Shown here: positions 53,476 through 62,235 of the stretch, in pieces
Numbering within the stretch: position 1 is the stretch's first letter
Layout of the letters: the number at the start of each line of letters is the position of its first letter
Assembly: GCA_009782495.1 (NCBI GenBank)
Contig: WRIX01000001.1
Coordinates: forward strand, 4,583 to 68,582
Reading direction: 5' to 3'
Length of the DNA: 64,000 nt
Source: Treponema sp.
Lineage (GTDB): Bacteria; Spirochaetota; Spirochaetia; Treponematales; Breznakiellaceae
The notes under the pieces: generated by a model
The model's input: the letters and a program-made list of their open reading frames with translations, nothing else
The model's database searches: none
Told to the model about the DNA's origin: nothing
Program-made: the position numbers and the translations under genes

Positions 53476-54843
53476 TCAACTCCATTTACTTGTTTTTACA
53501 TCACCTTTACGAAGATTTTCTATAATGTTTGGGGCCGATTCTTCCGGGTGAAATAAATCTAATGTTTTTCCGGCCTCTGCGTATATTATAATTCTTTTTT
53601 GTAAAGAAAGCGAGATAAGCGGATTGCTCTTTGAAAAAAGACCCCAATTGCTGTCAACCGATGCAAACCGCTCATGTGCGACAAGAGCCCATGTAGTGTC
53701 CAGGAGATGCCTGCAGCCGGGATCAAGAACTTCCGGACACTTAAATGATTGGCGGCTGGAATTAATATCCACTCCGGAAATTTCCATATAATTCCCTTCT
53801 GATGCATAACGCCGGATTGTTTCCATTTGCTCCGGAGTATTTCGCGGAGGCATATAGGTAACTGCCAGAAATCCCAGACGGTTAATTTCTTCAAAAAGTT
53901 CGTTCAAAAAATCATCTTCGAATTTTTCCGTTTTTTTATCGCCCGTTGCAGATTCTTTAATATCACCAAGATAAGAATATGCCGGAATTGCATTTACTGA
54001 AAGGGCAAAGTCTACCGCCGTTTTAACATTAATACATTCATTTTTATCCGGCTGGATATAAATACGGGGGAGTAATCCTGTTTTAAAAACACCCAAAAGA
54101 TCGTAAAGGCAGTGCGGATTAGCCGGATCGGAAAGGAGCTTTGAGATCTTTGGGCCCGGATCGATATCCAGATGTTTTTTTAAACCTTCCACGAGTTCTG
54201 TCCCGCGGCCGAAACGATTGATGATCTTTTCCGCCGCCGCTGCCATAAGGTGTCGCTCTGTAATTTCTCCGCCTTTTCTGTATTGTGATATTTTAATTAC
54301 ATCGTTTTCAAAATCAATTGTTTGGAAACCCGCATCAAGAAGAATTTGGTTGCAGTTTTCCGTCATTTTTCTGCTTCGCAGAAGCCGTGCTTCGCGGATT
54401 GGTTTCAGGAAAGCTGCCGTTTTTTCCAGTTCAGCGGAAGGAATTCCCTGGATGGTGATGTACGCAATACCGAAAGAGTCGGGATTGTTTAATTTACGTT
54501 GTGCAAAAAATTCTCCGTTGGGACCCTGGGTAAAATCAACCCTGATCTCAATACCGCAGCAGCCTCCCAGACCAAGAACCGCACAGGCTGCAATCATTTC
54601 GCCCGCAGCAGCTTCCGAGTCATGATCAACAGAGCCTGCTGCCGCAAGTCCGGCCAGTTCAGCTTTAAGGGCTGCCATTGCCGGTGTGTAAGGGCTAAAG
54701 CTGTAAATCGTATGAATGTGATTGTTTATTTCCAAGGATCCTTTTTTTTCTATACTGCTGAGCGCTTTCCATTCTTTTAATGCGGCAATACGTTCTTCAC
54801 TTTCAATAAGCTGATTATTAATTATTGTTGTCAGGTCACTCAT
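53476..54843 (-). CDS. PHP-domain-like metal-dependent phosphoesterase
   Basis: INNHIHTIYSFSP is an HxH motif, followed by GSVDHD. Assignment is moderate. Confidence 0.45.
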   Translation of the reverse strand: MSDLTTIINNQLIESEERIAALKEWKALSSIEKKGSLEINNHIHTIYSFSPYTPAMAALKAELAGLAAAGSVDHDSEAAAGEMIAACAVLGLGGCCGIEIRVDFTQGPNGEFFAQRKLNNPDSFGIAYITIQGIPSAELEKTAAFLKPIREARLLRSRKMTENCNQILLDAGFQTIDFENDVIKISQYRKGGEITERHLMAAAAEKIINRFGRGTELVEGLKKHLDIDPGPKISKLLSDPANPHCLYDLLGVFKTGLLPRIYIQPDKNECINVKTAVDFALSVNAIPAYSYLGDIKESATGDKKTEKFEDDFLNELFEEINRLGFLAVTYMPPRNTPEQMETIRRYASEGNYMEISGVDINSSRQSFKCPEVLDPGCRHLLDTTWALVAHERFASVDSNWGLFSKSNPLISLSLQKRIIIYAEAGKTLDLFHPEESAPNIIENLRKGDVKTSKWS

Positions 54844-54879
54844 GTTTTTTTTAATTATAGCATGCTCCGGTATTAATTG

Positions 54880-57219
54880 CTACTTTGATGTTGCTTTCCA
54901 GAAACCCTGCCATTCGGAAGGATTTTCCAGATAATACCGGCATTGTTCGATATAGTATTTTGGAGGAGCATCCCTGTCTTTCAGCTTTTCGAACAAGGCA
55001 AGCGCTTTGGTAAAATCTCCGGTGTAAAAAGTATCTCTGGCTGAATCGAATTCACGGATTATACTTTCTTTTTCCCGGTACACTGCTTCTGTCAGAGGTT
55101 CCCAAACCGTTACCGGTTCATTTTTTCCGACTACTGTAACCTGAGCCAGGCTGCGTCCGTAGAATTTTCCGTAGTTGTTTGCTTCGTTCATGGTATGCCC
55201 GGTACACATCAATAAAGTGCCGAACTGTTTATTAAGCCCTTCCAGCCGGGCCGCAAGGTTTACCGAATCTCCCAGCACGGTATAGTTAAAATGCCCTTCC
55301 GAACCAAAGTTTCCCACTACCGCATATCCTGTGTTTAACCCAATGCGTGTCAGCATACGTTTATTAATTCCCGAAGCATTTATATTCCATTTATTAAACA
55401 AATCTTCAAAATGTCCGGCTTTTTCCACAAGCCGTGTTTGACATTCAATGGCTGCACCCAGCGCTCTGGACGCATGATCCTCCATGTGAACAGGAGCATT
55501 CCAGAAAGCGATAATCGCATCCCCTTCGTATTTGTCTATGGTTCCTCCCGAATCCTGAATTATATCGGTAAGGAAGGTTAAATATTCGTTCAATAATTCT
55601 TTAAGCTGATCGGGGTCGAGGTTTTCGGAAATAGTCGTAAAACCCTGAACATCGGAAAAGAATATACTTATTTCTGCACGTTCGCCCCCAAGCTTTAATT
55701 GATCGGGGTTGCTGATTAACTGTTCTATATAAATGGGACTTAAATACTGGCTGAATGCGGATTTGATAAAACGCCTTTGACTGCCTTCGGTTGCATAGTT
55801 ATAAACGGTGCAGGTAAGGAAAGAAACAAAAAGACCTGCCAGCGGCAGAACCATAGGGAACCACAGACAAAAAGTGTTGTATGCAATAAAAGCTCCTCCA
55901 ATAATCAGCGAAGCAATAAGAACCAGACCGCCAACGGAAAATTGCAGTTTGTCGCAAAACAAGGCCAGCGCTGTGGTTGCAAGAATAATCATAAAGAGAA
56001 CAACCATGTCCAGCCAAACAGGGGCTTCCCGTATAAAATCGTTGTTAAGAATATTGTCCAGCATGGTAATGTGGACACCCATACCGGGATAAACTGTTTC
56101 AAGAGGATTGGCGCATATATCAAAAAGTCCCGGTGCATAAAACCCAAAAAAAACATACTTATCCGTAAAATCTCCGGGGAACAAAACCGGTTCCTGTCCG
56201 TTTGCCACAGCTTCCGCACTGCTTAAAACATCAGCTGCACTGTAAGGCATATAGCGATTAAGGCTGCCCCTGTAACGAAGTATGCTTTTTCCATCATTGT
56301 CCACAGGGATTATATAGTCGTCCCATTCTATCTGCCGCTTTTTTTCATTAAAATAGACATTGCTGCCGGCCCCCGAAACCAGCAGGGATGCGGCGGAAAG
56401 TCCCGGTACAGCGTTACCGTCAAAATTAATAAAAAGCCTTGCCCTTCGATTAATGCCGTCAAAGTCTTCCGAGTTGGTTACATTTCCCAATGCTCCGGCT
56501 GTAACAGTAAGACCCGGTATGGGAAACTGTGCGCCCAGCCGTCCGTCAGTTTCATTACTCAAGGTATAATGTTCGATTACGGAACTAAAACCTTCGGGAT
56601 GTAACAATGGTTTATTTATATCCGCCGGCCAGGTAACGGAGCTTCCCGTCTGTGTGCTGAAAAATACTGTTTGCACCGTTTTGCCGTAGTTTTTTTGCGC
56701 CTCAATAAAGACATTGTCGTCGGCACGATCCGAAAGACTCCGCAAAGCTGTCACGGCAGTTAAGTATTTTGCAAAAAAACTGCGCTGTTCTTCGCCGGGA
56801 ACAGCGGTCTGAACCGCAGTAATGTTTTCGCCTATCTCTTCCATAGCGTGAACTGCGGTATCAATAATGGCATCCTGGTTGGCATTCCGGTAAATTGAAG
56901 GTTCGGAAAAAAGAACGTCAAAGACTATGGATTTGGCGCCTCCCATATTCATGTAATCCACAATATCCGCATACGCTTTACGCGGCCACGGCCAGCCCCA
57001 GCCATGTTCCCGGTTGGCCCAGTCTATACTGGGTTGATCCAGCAATATTACAACAATGTCGTCAGACGGCTTATAGGTATCGGCAAAGAGCTTAACCCTG
57101 AAATCGTATGCCTTGTATTCAAGAGCATCAAAGATGTGAAGAAAATGCAGAGCGCCAAGTCCAATAAACACCAGTACAACAATAATAACGGCGGTAATTA
57201 TTTTTTTATTTTTTGCCAT
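54880..57219 (-). CDS. CHASE2 sensor domain adenylate/guanylate cyclase (class III)
   Basis: N-terminal transmembrane segment, large extracytoplasmic domain, three transmembrane segments. Cyclase motifs ISIFFSDVQGFTTISE, KYEGDAIIAFW, RIGLNTGYAVVGNFGS. True ATG is 57219; the track starts at TTG 57225. Confidence 0.88.
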   Translation of the reverse strand: MAKNKKIITAVIIVVLVFIGLGALHFLHIFDALEYKAYDFRVKLFADTYKPSDDIVVILLDQPSIDWANREHGWGWPWPRKAYADIVDYMNMGGAKSIVFDVLFSEPSIYRNANQDAIIDTAVHAMEEIGENITAVQTAVPGEEQRSFFAKYLTAVTALRSLSDRADDNVFIEAQKNYGKTVQTVFFSTQTGSSVTWPADINKPLLHPEGFSSVIEHYTLSNETDGRLGAQFPIPGLTVTAGALGNVTNSEDFDGINRRARLFINFDGNAVPGLSAASLLVSGAGSNVYFNEKKRQIEWDDYIIPVDNDGKSILRYRGSLNRYMPYSAADVLSSAEAVANGQEPVLFPGDFTDKYVFFGFYAPGLFDICANPLETVYPGMGVHITMLDNILNNDFIREAPVWLDMVVLFMIILATTALALFCDKLQFSVGGLVLIASLIIGGAFIAYNTFCLWFPMVLPLAGLFVSFLTCTVYNYATEGSQRRFIKSAFSQYLSPIYIEQLISNPDQLKLGGERAEISIFFSDVQGFTTISENLDPDQLKELLNEYLTFLTDIIQDSGGTIDKYEGDAIIAFWNAPVHMEDHASRALGAAIECQTRLVEKAGHFEDLFNKWNINASGINKRMLTRIGLNTGYAVVGNFGSEGHFNYTVLGDSVNLAARLEGLNKQFGTLLMCTGHTMNEANNYGKFYGRSLAQVTVVGKNEPVTVWEPLTEAVYREKESIIREFDSARDTFYTGDFTKALALFEKLKDRDAPPKYYIEQCRYYLENPSEWQGFWKATSK

Positions 57220-57303
57220 GTACAACGCTGCCTCCTGGCAGTGAATCAGAATAATTTCCCTGCGCTTGCGGGCCGCAGGCCCGCACCATCTCCCTGAAAT
57301 CCC
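57220..57303 (-). repeat. Copy C of the two-hairpin repeat; it fills the M48 / cyclase intercistronic spacer
   Basis: Minus strand: TGCGGGCC-TGC-GGCCCGCA, then AGCGCAGGGAAATTATTCTGATTCACTGCCAGGAGGCAGCGTTGTAC, then ATG. Confidence 0.8.
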
Positions 57304-58215
57304 CTAGATTACAGCGCCGAACCGCTTGGTCCTGTACGAGCGTGTATCCTCAACATTGTACTTTTTGAGGTTTTTATTAACAGCGGTAATTCTTTCTGCA
57401 GGGGAGGGATGAGTTTTTCCAAAGCCTGCAGTTTTATTATTACCCTGTTTTTGTTTTAAAGACTCAAGCATTTCCAGAATTCCCGAAGGCTGGTAGCCCG
57501 CTGTAGCAAGCATGGAAAGAGCAGTTTCATCGGCTTCCAGTTCCTGACTTTTGGAAAAGCCATTAACTACCATAGTGGTAATTATTTCATTTACCGAATC
57601 ACCCATTATACTGGTTAATTCCGCTACATTACCGCCGGCGGCTTCTCCAATACCTGCCAATGCTCCCGAAACCGCAGCGTTGACATACCGTGCATTACGG
57701 ATGGATGTAAGTGCGTGCTGCAGCTGAATATGAGCTATTTCGTGGGCAATAACCGCAGCCAGAGCATCTTCGGCCGATGCACAGGCAATAAGTCCGCGGG
57801 TAACAAAGATATGTCCGCCGGGCGTGGCGAACGCATTGATTTCTTCGGTGTCAAGTACAGCCACATGATACCCATTGTAGATATCCGGCCTTGGAGAATT
57901 GATTACTATGGCAGAACAGATCTTGTTCAGATAAGTTTGAAGAGCCGGATTCCTGTATATTTTATATGTGCTTGCAATATTGGCTGCCACAGCACGGCCC
58001 AGATAGTATTCGTTTTCCGGGGTTAAAGAATCTGCAGCTTTTTTGGCTTCGGCAAATGTCGCTATACCTTTTCCGACTGCTTTTATGACCTGGGCTTGTT
58101 CATCACTGGCGCCCGCAGCCTGGGCAATACCTCCGGCTATATCCCCCATTGACTCACAGGTAAGGAGGCTGAATGAAACAAGTACGGCCAATAAAAAGTA
58201 AATTATCTTTTTCAT
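57304..58215 (-). CDS. M48-family zinc metalloprotease lipoprotein
   Basis: Lipobox LLTCES. HEIAHIQLQH is the HExxH motif. Confidence 0.85.
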   Translation of the reverse strand: MKKIIYFLLAVLVSFSLLTCESMGDIAGGIAQAAGASDEQAQVIKAVGKGIATFAEAKKAADSLTPENEYYLGRAVAANIASTYKIYRNPALQTYLNKICSAIVINSPRPDIYNGYHVAVLDTEEINAFATPGGHIFVTRGLIACASAEDALAAVIAHEIAHIQLQHALTSIRNARYVNAAVSGALAGIGEAAGGNVAELTSIMGDSVNEIITTMVVNGFSKSQELEADETALSMLATAGYQPSGILEMLESLKQKQGNNKTAGFGKTHPSPAERITAVNKNLKKYNVEDTRSYRTKRFGAVI

Positions 58216-58216
58216 G

Positions 58217-58684
58217 TTATTCCCCCTTTGCCAAACGGCCTTCTTCTATAAAATTAAGAAGATCCCTGTCGGATATGATTATTTTTTCCATTTCGTCAAC
58301 AGCGGTGTAATTAATAGTTCCGCCTTCTTTCTTGTACTGAGCTTCTACTTCGGGGGAAAAACCTTTTCCCGCCAGGGCTATTTCCCGGGCTGATGCATTG
58401 GCGGCGCTTCCCGATGCAGCTATTCGTTTGCTGGTTAAACTGGATTTGGCTATCCAGCCTGTTTTGTTGCCGGCAGTTGTCCGTACCTGGGCGTAATTCC
58501 CGCTGATTGCCAGTATTCTTACTTCGTCTCCGTAGGCAACCGTGCCTGTAGTGGAAGCAAAAAACCCGGTAGATGATTTAAGATTGGCGGATTTGACATT
58601 TATGTAGTTTGTGTCTCCCGCTTTTTGTGCGAAAAGCGCTGCAGCACTCAAACAGAGTATACTGATAAAAATTATTCGTTTCAT
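58217..58684 (-). CDS. Secreted SH3b-like domain protein
   Basis: ATG 58684 (MKRIIFISILCLSAAALFA signal peptide). YINVKSANLKSS...GDEVRILA...GWIAKSSL resembles bacterial SH3. Confidence 0.55.
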   Translation of the reverse strand: MKRIIFISILCLSAAALFAQKAGDTNYINVKSANLKSSTGFFASTTGTVAYGDEVRILAISGNYAQVRTTAGNKTGWIAKSSLTSKRIAASGSAANASAREIALAGKGFSPEVEAQYKKEGGTINYTAVDEMEKIIISDRDLLNFIEEGRLAKGE

Positions 58685-58802
58685 AAAAACCTCTGTATAT
58701 AAAATAATAATTTTATTATACAATATTAACTGCAGATTAAAAAAGATGAAGAAAAAAAGCTTTTAAAGACAGAAATTTTTAACATTTCCGGGGTGGAGTA
58801 CC

Positions 58803-59735
58803 ATGAAAATACAAAAAATAAGTGATTTAGCAATAACAGCCTCTGAATTGCTTGTTACGTCAGGTAAAAAACCTCCACGGATTGCAGTCGCGGCGGCTCG
58901 GGAAGAAGCGGTTCTTGCCGCTCTGTCGGAAGCAAAACAGCAGGATTTGGCTCAGCCTGTGTTGTTGGGAGAACGCTATAAAATAGAAGAAAGCGCCGAA
59001 AAGGGCGGAATTAACCTTTCAGGATGGGAAATGATAGAAGAAAATAATCCTGCCGCCGCCGCTGTAAGGGCGGTGGAACTGATAAGAGACGGAGAAGCGG
59101 AGCTGGTTATGAAGGGCCTGGTATCCAGCGCTGCCTTTTTAAAGGCCGTTCTCCGCAAGGATCTGGGGCTAAACCGGGGCAGCCTAATCAGTCATGGCGC
59201 GCTGATGGAGGTCCCGAACTACCATAAATTGTTTATTGCAAGCGATTGCGCTCTTAACATAGCCCCGAATCTGGCTGAAAAAGAAGCTATACTGGGGAAT
59301 GCCGTGGATCTTGCCCATTGTTTGGGTGTAGAAACACCAAAGGCGGCAATTCTTTGTGCAGCAGAAACCGTTGATCCGGACCGTATGCCCTGTACGATAG
59401 ATGCAGCCATATTGACCCAGATGCAGAAACGAGGCCAGATTTCCGGCTGCATTGTGGACGGCCCTTTGGCTCTGGATAATGCAATCAGTGCATCTTCGGC
59501 CGCTACCAAAAGCATAGACAGCCCTGTTGCCGGAGATGCCGACATTCTGCTGGTTCCTAATATTGAAGCGGGAAATATTCTCTATAAAAGTTTAACCAAC
59601 CTGTGCGGCGGTAAAACCGCAGGTCTGATATTGGGAACAAGAACACCGGTAATACTGACAAGCCGGGCCGATTCCGCCGAAACAAAGACCGCTTCCATAG
59701 CCCTGGCAATTCTGGCCTGGCTGGGCAGCAGGTAG
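58803..59735 (+). CDS. Phosphate acetyl/butyryltransferase (PTA_PTB family)
   Basis: 310 aa. PRIAVAAAREEAVLAAL, LVMKG, ADILLVPNIEAGNILYK, PVILTSRADS. Confidence 0.85.
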   Translation: MKIQKISDLAITASELLVTSGKKPPRIAVAAAREEAVLAALSEAKQQDLAQPVLLGERYKIEESAEKGGINLSGWEMIEENNPAAAAVRAVELIRDGEAELVMKGLVSSAAFLKAVLRKDLGLNRGSLISHGALMEVPNYHKLFIASDCALNIAPNLAEKEAILGNAVDLAHCLGVETPKAAILCAAETVDPDRMPCTIDAAILTQMQKRGQISGCIVDGPLALDNAISASSAATKSIDSPVAGDADILLVPNIEAGNILYKSLTNLCGGKTAGLILGTRTPVILTSRADSAETKTASIALAILAWLGSR

Positions 59736-59773
59736 TTTTTACACTTATTGCAACCAAAAAGTGTGACTTTTTA

Positions 59774-59795
59774 CATTTATTGGCGCCAATAAATG
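59774..59795. promoter_or_regulatory. Perfect 22-bp palindrome
   Basis: CATTTATTGGC|GCCAATAAATG, in the 415-nt region between the ptb-like gene and hsp20. Confidence 0.6.
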
Positions 59796-60067
59796 ATTAT
59801 TATATACCGACTAAACTACATCAAAAAATTAAACTTTTGAAGCAGCAATGTGAGTGCCTTTAGTACAATCCAGATTACTTTAAAAGTTGGATTTTTGTGT
59901 CATTTTGACACGAAATATTCTTGATTTTTTCCATTTTGTGTCATTTTTACTCATATCCTGTCTAAGCAGCTTTATCATTATTACACAAGCAAATTTATAA
60001 TAATTGTAAGTCTATATAATACAAAGAATTACGTTTCATATAAAAATAAATGACTTACAAATGAACT

Positions 60068-60083
60068 TGGCATGATTCTTGCT
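60068..60083 (+). promoter_or_regulatory. Sigma-54 (-24/-12) type promoter upstream of hsp20
   Basis: TGGCAT-GATTC-TTGCT against the consensus TGGCAC-N5-TTGCW. About 67 nt upstream of ATG 60150. Confidence 0.6.
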
Positions 60084-60098
60084 AATTAATTAGCAAGA
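60077..60098. promoter_or_regulatory. Perfect 22-bp palindrome overlapping the -12 element
   Basis: TCTTGCTAATT|AATTAGCAAGA. Confidence 0.6.
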
Positions 60099-60149
60099 CG
60101 CTTCGTATGAAGGTCTAATAACAAGCCAATGTAAATTTGGAGGTTTATT

Positions 60150-60620
60150 ATGAAATCGGTGTCACTTTATCGCCCCATCAGTATGATGGATCAGTTGCTG
60201 GGTTCTTTTTTTGAATCCTCTTTGGTTCCCTTTACGGGAAACTCTATGTGGAACAAATTGCCCCTGGTAAATGTTCAGGAAACCGAAGACGCTTACCTTG
60301 TAGAAGCGGAACTTCCCGGTTTTGACGAGAAGCAGATCAAGGTTCATGTTGAAGGCGGCAAGTTGAGTATCGAAACCGGTAAAGCAGAAGAAAAGAAGGA
60401 AGAAAAAGATACCGTCTGTGAAACCGCTCCGGCGTCGCGGGCAGGTGCATCTTATCTTATCCGGGAGCGCAGAGATGTTTCATTCAGCCGTTCCTTTACT
60501 CTGCCCGAGAATGCCGACACAGAAGCGGTATCTGCTGTCTTTAAAAACGGAGTGCTTTCTCTGGAAATAAAGAAGCGGAAAGAAAACTCAAGGCGTTTTA
60601 TTGAGATACAGTCTCAATAA
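60150..60620 (+). CDS. Hsp20/alpha-crystallin family small heat-shock protein
   Basis: VNVQETEDAYLVEAELPGF...SFSRSFTLPENAD...AVFKNGVLSLEI. GGAGG RBS. Confidence 0.9.
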   Translation: MKSVSLYRPISMMDQLLGSFFESSLVPFTGNSMWNKLPLVNVQETEDAYLVEAELPGFDEKQIKVHVEGGKLSIETGKAEEKKEEKDTVCETAPASRAGASYLIRERRDVSFSRSFTLPENADTEAVSAVFKNGVLSLEIKKRKENSRRFIEIQSQ

Positions 60621-60661
60621 CAATAATTTAAAAAAAATGTAAAAAAGTGTTCTTTGCTATT

Positions 60662-60706
60662 AATGTCAGGTTAGACATTGAGATGTTTAACCTGACATTA
60701 TTTTTA
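60662..60706 (+). terminator. Rho-independent terminator
   Basis: 12-bp stem AATGTCAGGTTA / TAACCTGACATT followed by ATTTTTAC. Confidence 0.8.
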
Positions 60707-60761
60707 CTTAAGAAAACTAGGTAACTTGTAACAAAAGCCTTTTCTATTTTACACTTGATGT

Positions 60762-61562
60762 ATGAAAATAACAAAAATACGATTCACTTTGGTTTTTTTC
60801 CTGGCAGCGCTGGTTTCCTGTGCAAGCAGTCAGGAGCATGGCGGTGCGGGCAGCACAATGTTCTCTTTTACAAAGTATACCCAGGTTATCCCGGCTTTCG
60901 AAGGCAGGTCGATTCCTGATGCCCAAATGGACATTTCCCTGACTCTTATAGCTGCCCGCGAGGCAAAGCTTTCAAAATTTATTTGTTTACTCCTGTACGA
61001 TGGGATGTCCGCAAAACAGTATGCCGAACACATTTTTTCGGATTATAAAAAAGAATTCCGGGAATACGCTGATGATGTCGGAGAAGAACAGGTGCGGTCC
61101 TGGTCTTACGAAGAGGAACACGCTGTTAAGGTGTGCGGTTCATACGCGGTTGTTTCCAAAAATTTCTTTGTATACACCGGCGGCGCCCACGGCGGTTACG
61201 GAACGACGTACTATGTAATCAATATGAATACGACGGAACGGCTGACGCTTAATGATATTATTGACAAAGCCGGTTTTGCAAAGCTTAAACCCTTTGTTGA
61301 TCGGGAACTGCGGCTTTATTCGCAAGAGGTTACCGGTGAACCGCTGCCGCCGGGTCTTCCCCTGTGGGAAGGCATCTACCTTGAAGCTGATTTTGAACTG
61401 GATGATTTTTACCCAACAGAAAGCGGGCTTGCTTTTTGGTGGAATGTCTACGAATTAACGCCTTATGCGGCCGGCCCCGTTAACGTTACCGTAAGCTGGA
61501 ATGAACTTGATGGGATTTTGAATACCAAAGGAAGCGAACTGGCCAAGGCTTTCAGGAAGTAA
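60762..61562 (+). CDS. DUF3298/DUF4163-type lipoprotein
   Basis: Lipobox LVSCAS. YTGGAHGGYGTTYYVINM is the characteristic GAHG motif. Confidence 0.7.
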   Translation: MKITKIRFTLVFFLAALVSCASSQEHGGAGSTMFSFTKYTQVIPAFEGRSIPDAQMDISLTLIAAREAKLSKFICLLLYDGMSAKQYAEHIFSDYKKEFREYADDVGEEQVRSWSYEEEHAVKVCGSYAVVSKNFFVYTGGAHGGYGTTYYVINMNTTERLTLNDIIDKAGFAKLKPFVDRELRLYSQEVTGEPLPPGLPLWEGIYLEADFELDDFYPTESGLAFWWNVYELTPYAAGPVNVTVSWNELDGILNTKGSELAKAFRK

Positions 61563-61590
61563 AGCAGGAACAAAACGATCAGCATGGGCA

Positions 61591-62235
61591 TTACAGTATA
61601 CCAGGAATAAACCGGTAACGCACCGTTTTTTTGTATTGCATATACTCACCGGATTGTTCGCAAAGAAATTTTTCTTCCAGCAGCGCCCTGTAAACATAAC
61701 AGGCAGCCGACAAAACAACCAGACCGGCGGTTAATGCCGTACAATGACTAATAAGATAACCCACACGCAGAAGAATGTCCCGTACATACATTGGGTGACG
61801 GACAAAACGGTATAAGCCGCCTGTCTTGATTGTCCGGCAGGCAATAAGAATGCCAAAGCTGTCTTTCAGCTGCAATAAGGTAATTAACCCAAGCAAACTG
61901 GCTGCCAGCAGAACGGCTTGAGAAACATTAATTGCAGTCGAATGCTGGCTTGCAGGCTGGCCGGTAAAAGCAATGCCGGAAAAAAAGGCAATTAATGCAA
62001 TACATTGATGAAAAAGATTTTTATCGACGGCAATATGTTTTTGCCGTATCAAGACAACCCAGGCAAGGACGCAGTTATTCAGAATAAATGTGATTTCAAT
62101 AAAATCCAGGCGGTTTTGCTTATGGAGACTGTATATTTGCCAAAGAATAACGCCAAGGACATTTACAAACACATATATGTTGATAAGCGTTTGGGCGTTT
62201 TTCACCCAGGCAAACCGGGGTTCAGGCACCGGCAT
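61591..62235 (-). CDS. Isoprenylcysteine carboxyl / phospholipid methyltransferase family membrane protein
   Basis: Polytopic protein. GGLYRFVRHPMYV is the ICMT/PEMT motif. ATG 62235 overlaps the radical SAM stop by 14 nt. Confidence 0.7.
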   Translation of the reverse strand: MPVPEPRFAWVKNAQTLINIYVFVNVLGVILWQIYSLHKQNRLDFIEITFILNNCVLAWVVLIRQKHIAVDKNLFHQCIALIAFFSGIAFTGQPASQHSTAINVSQAVLLAASLLGLITLLQLKDSFGILIACRTIKTGGLYRFVRHPMYVRDILLRVGYLISHCTALTAGLVVLSAACYVYRALLEEKFLCEQSGEYMQYKKTVRYRFIPGIL

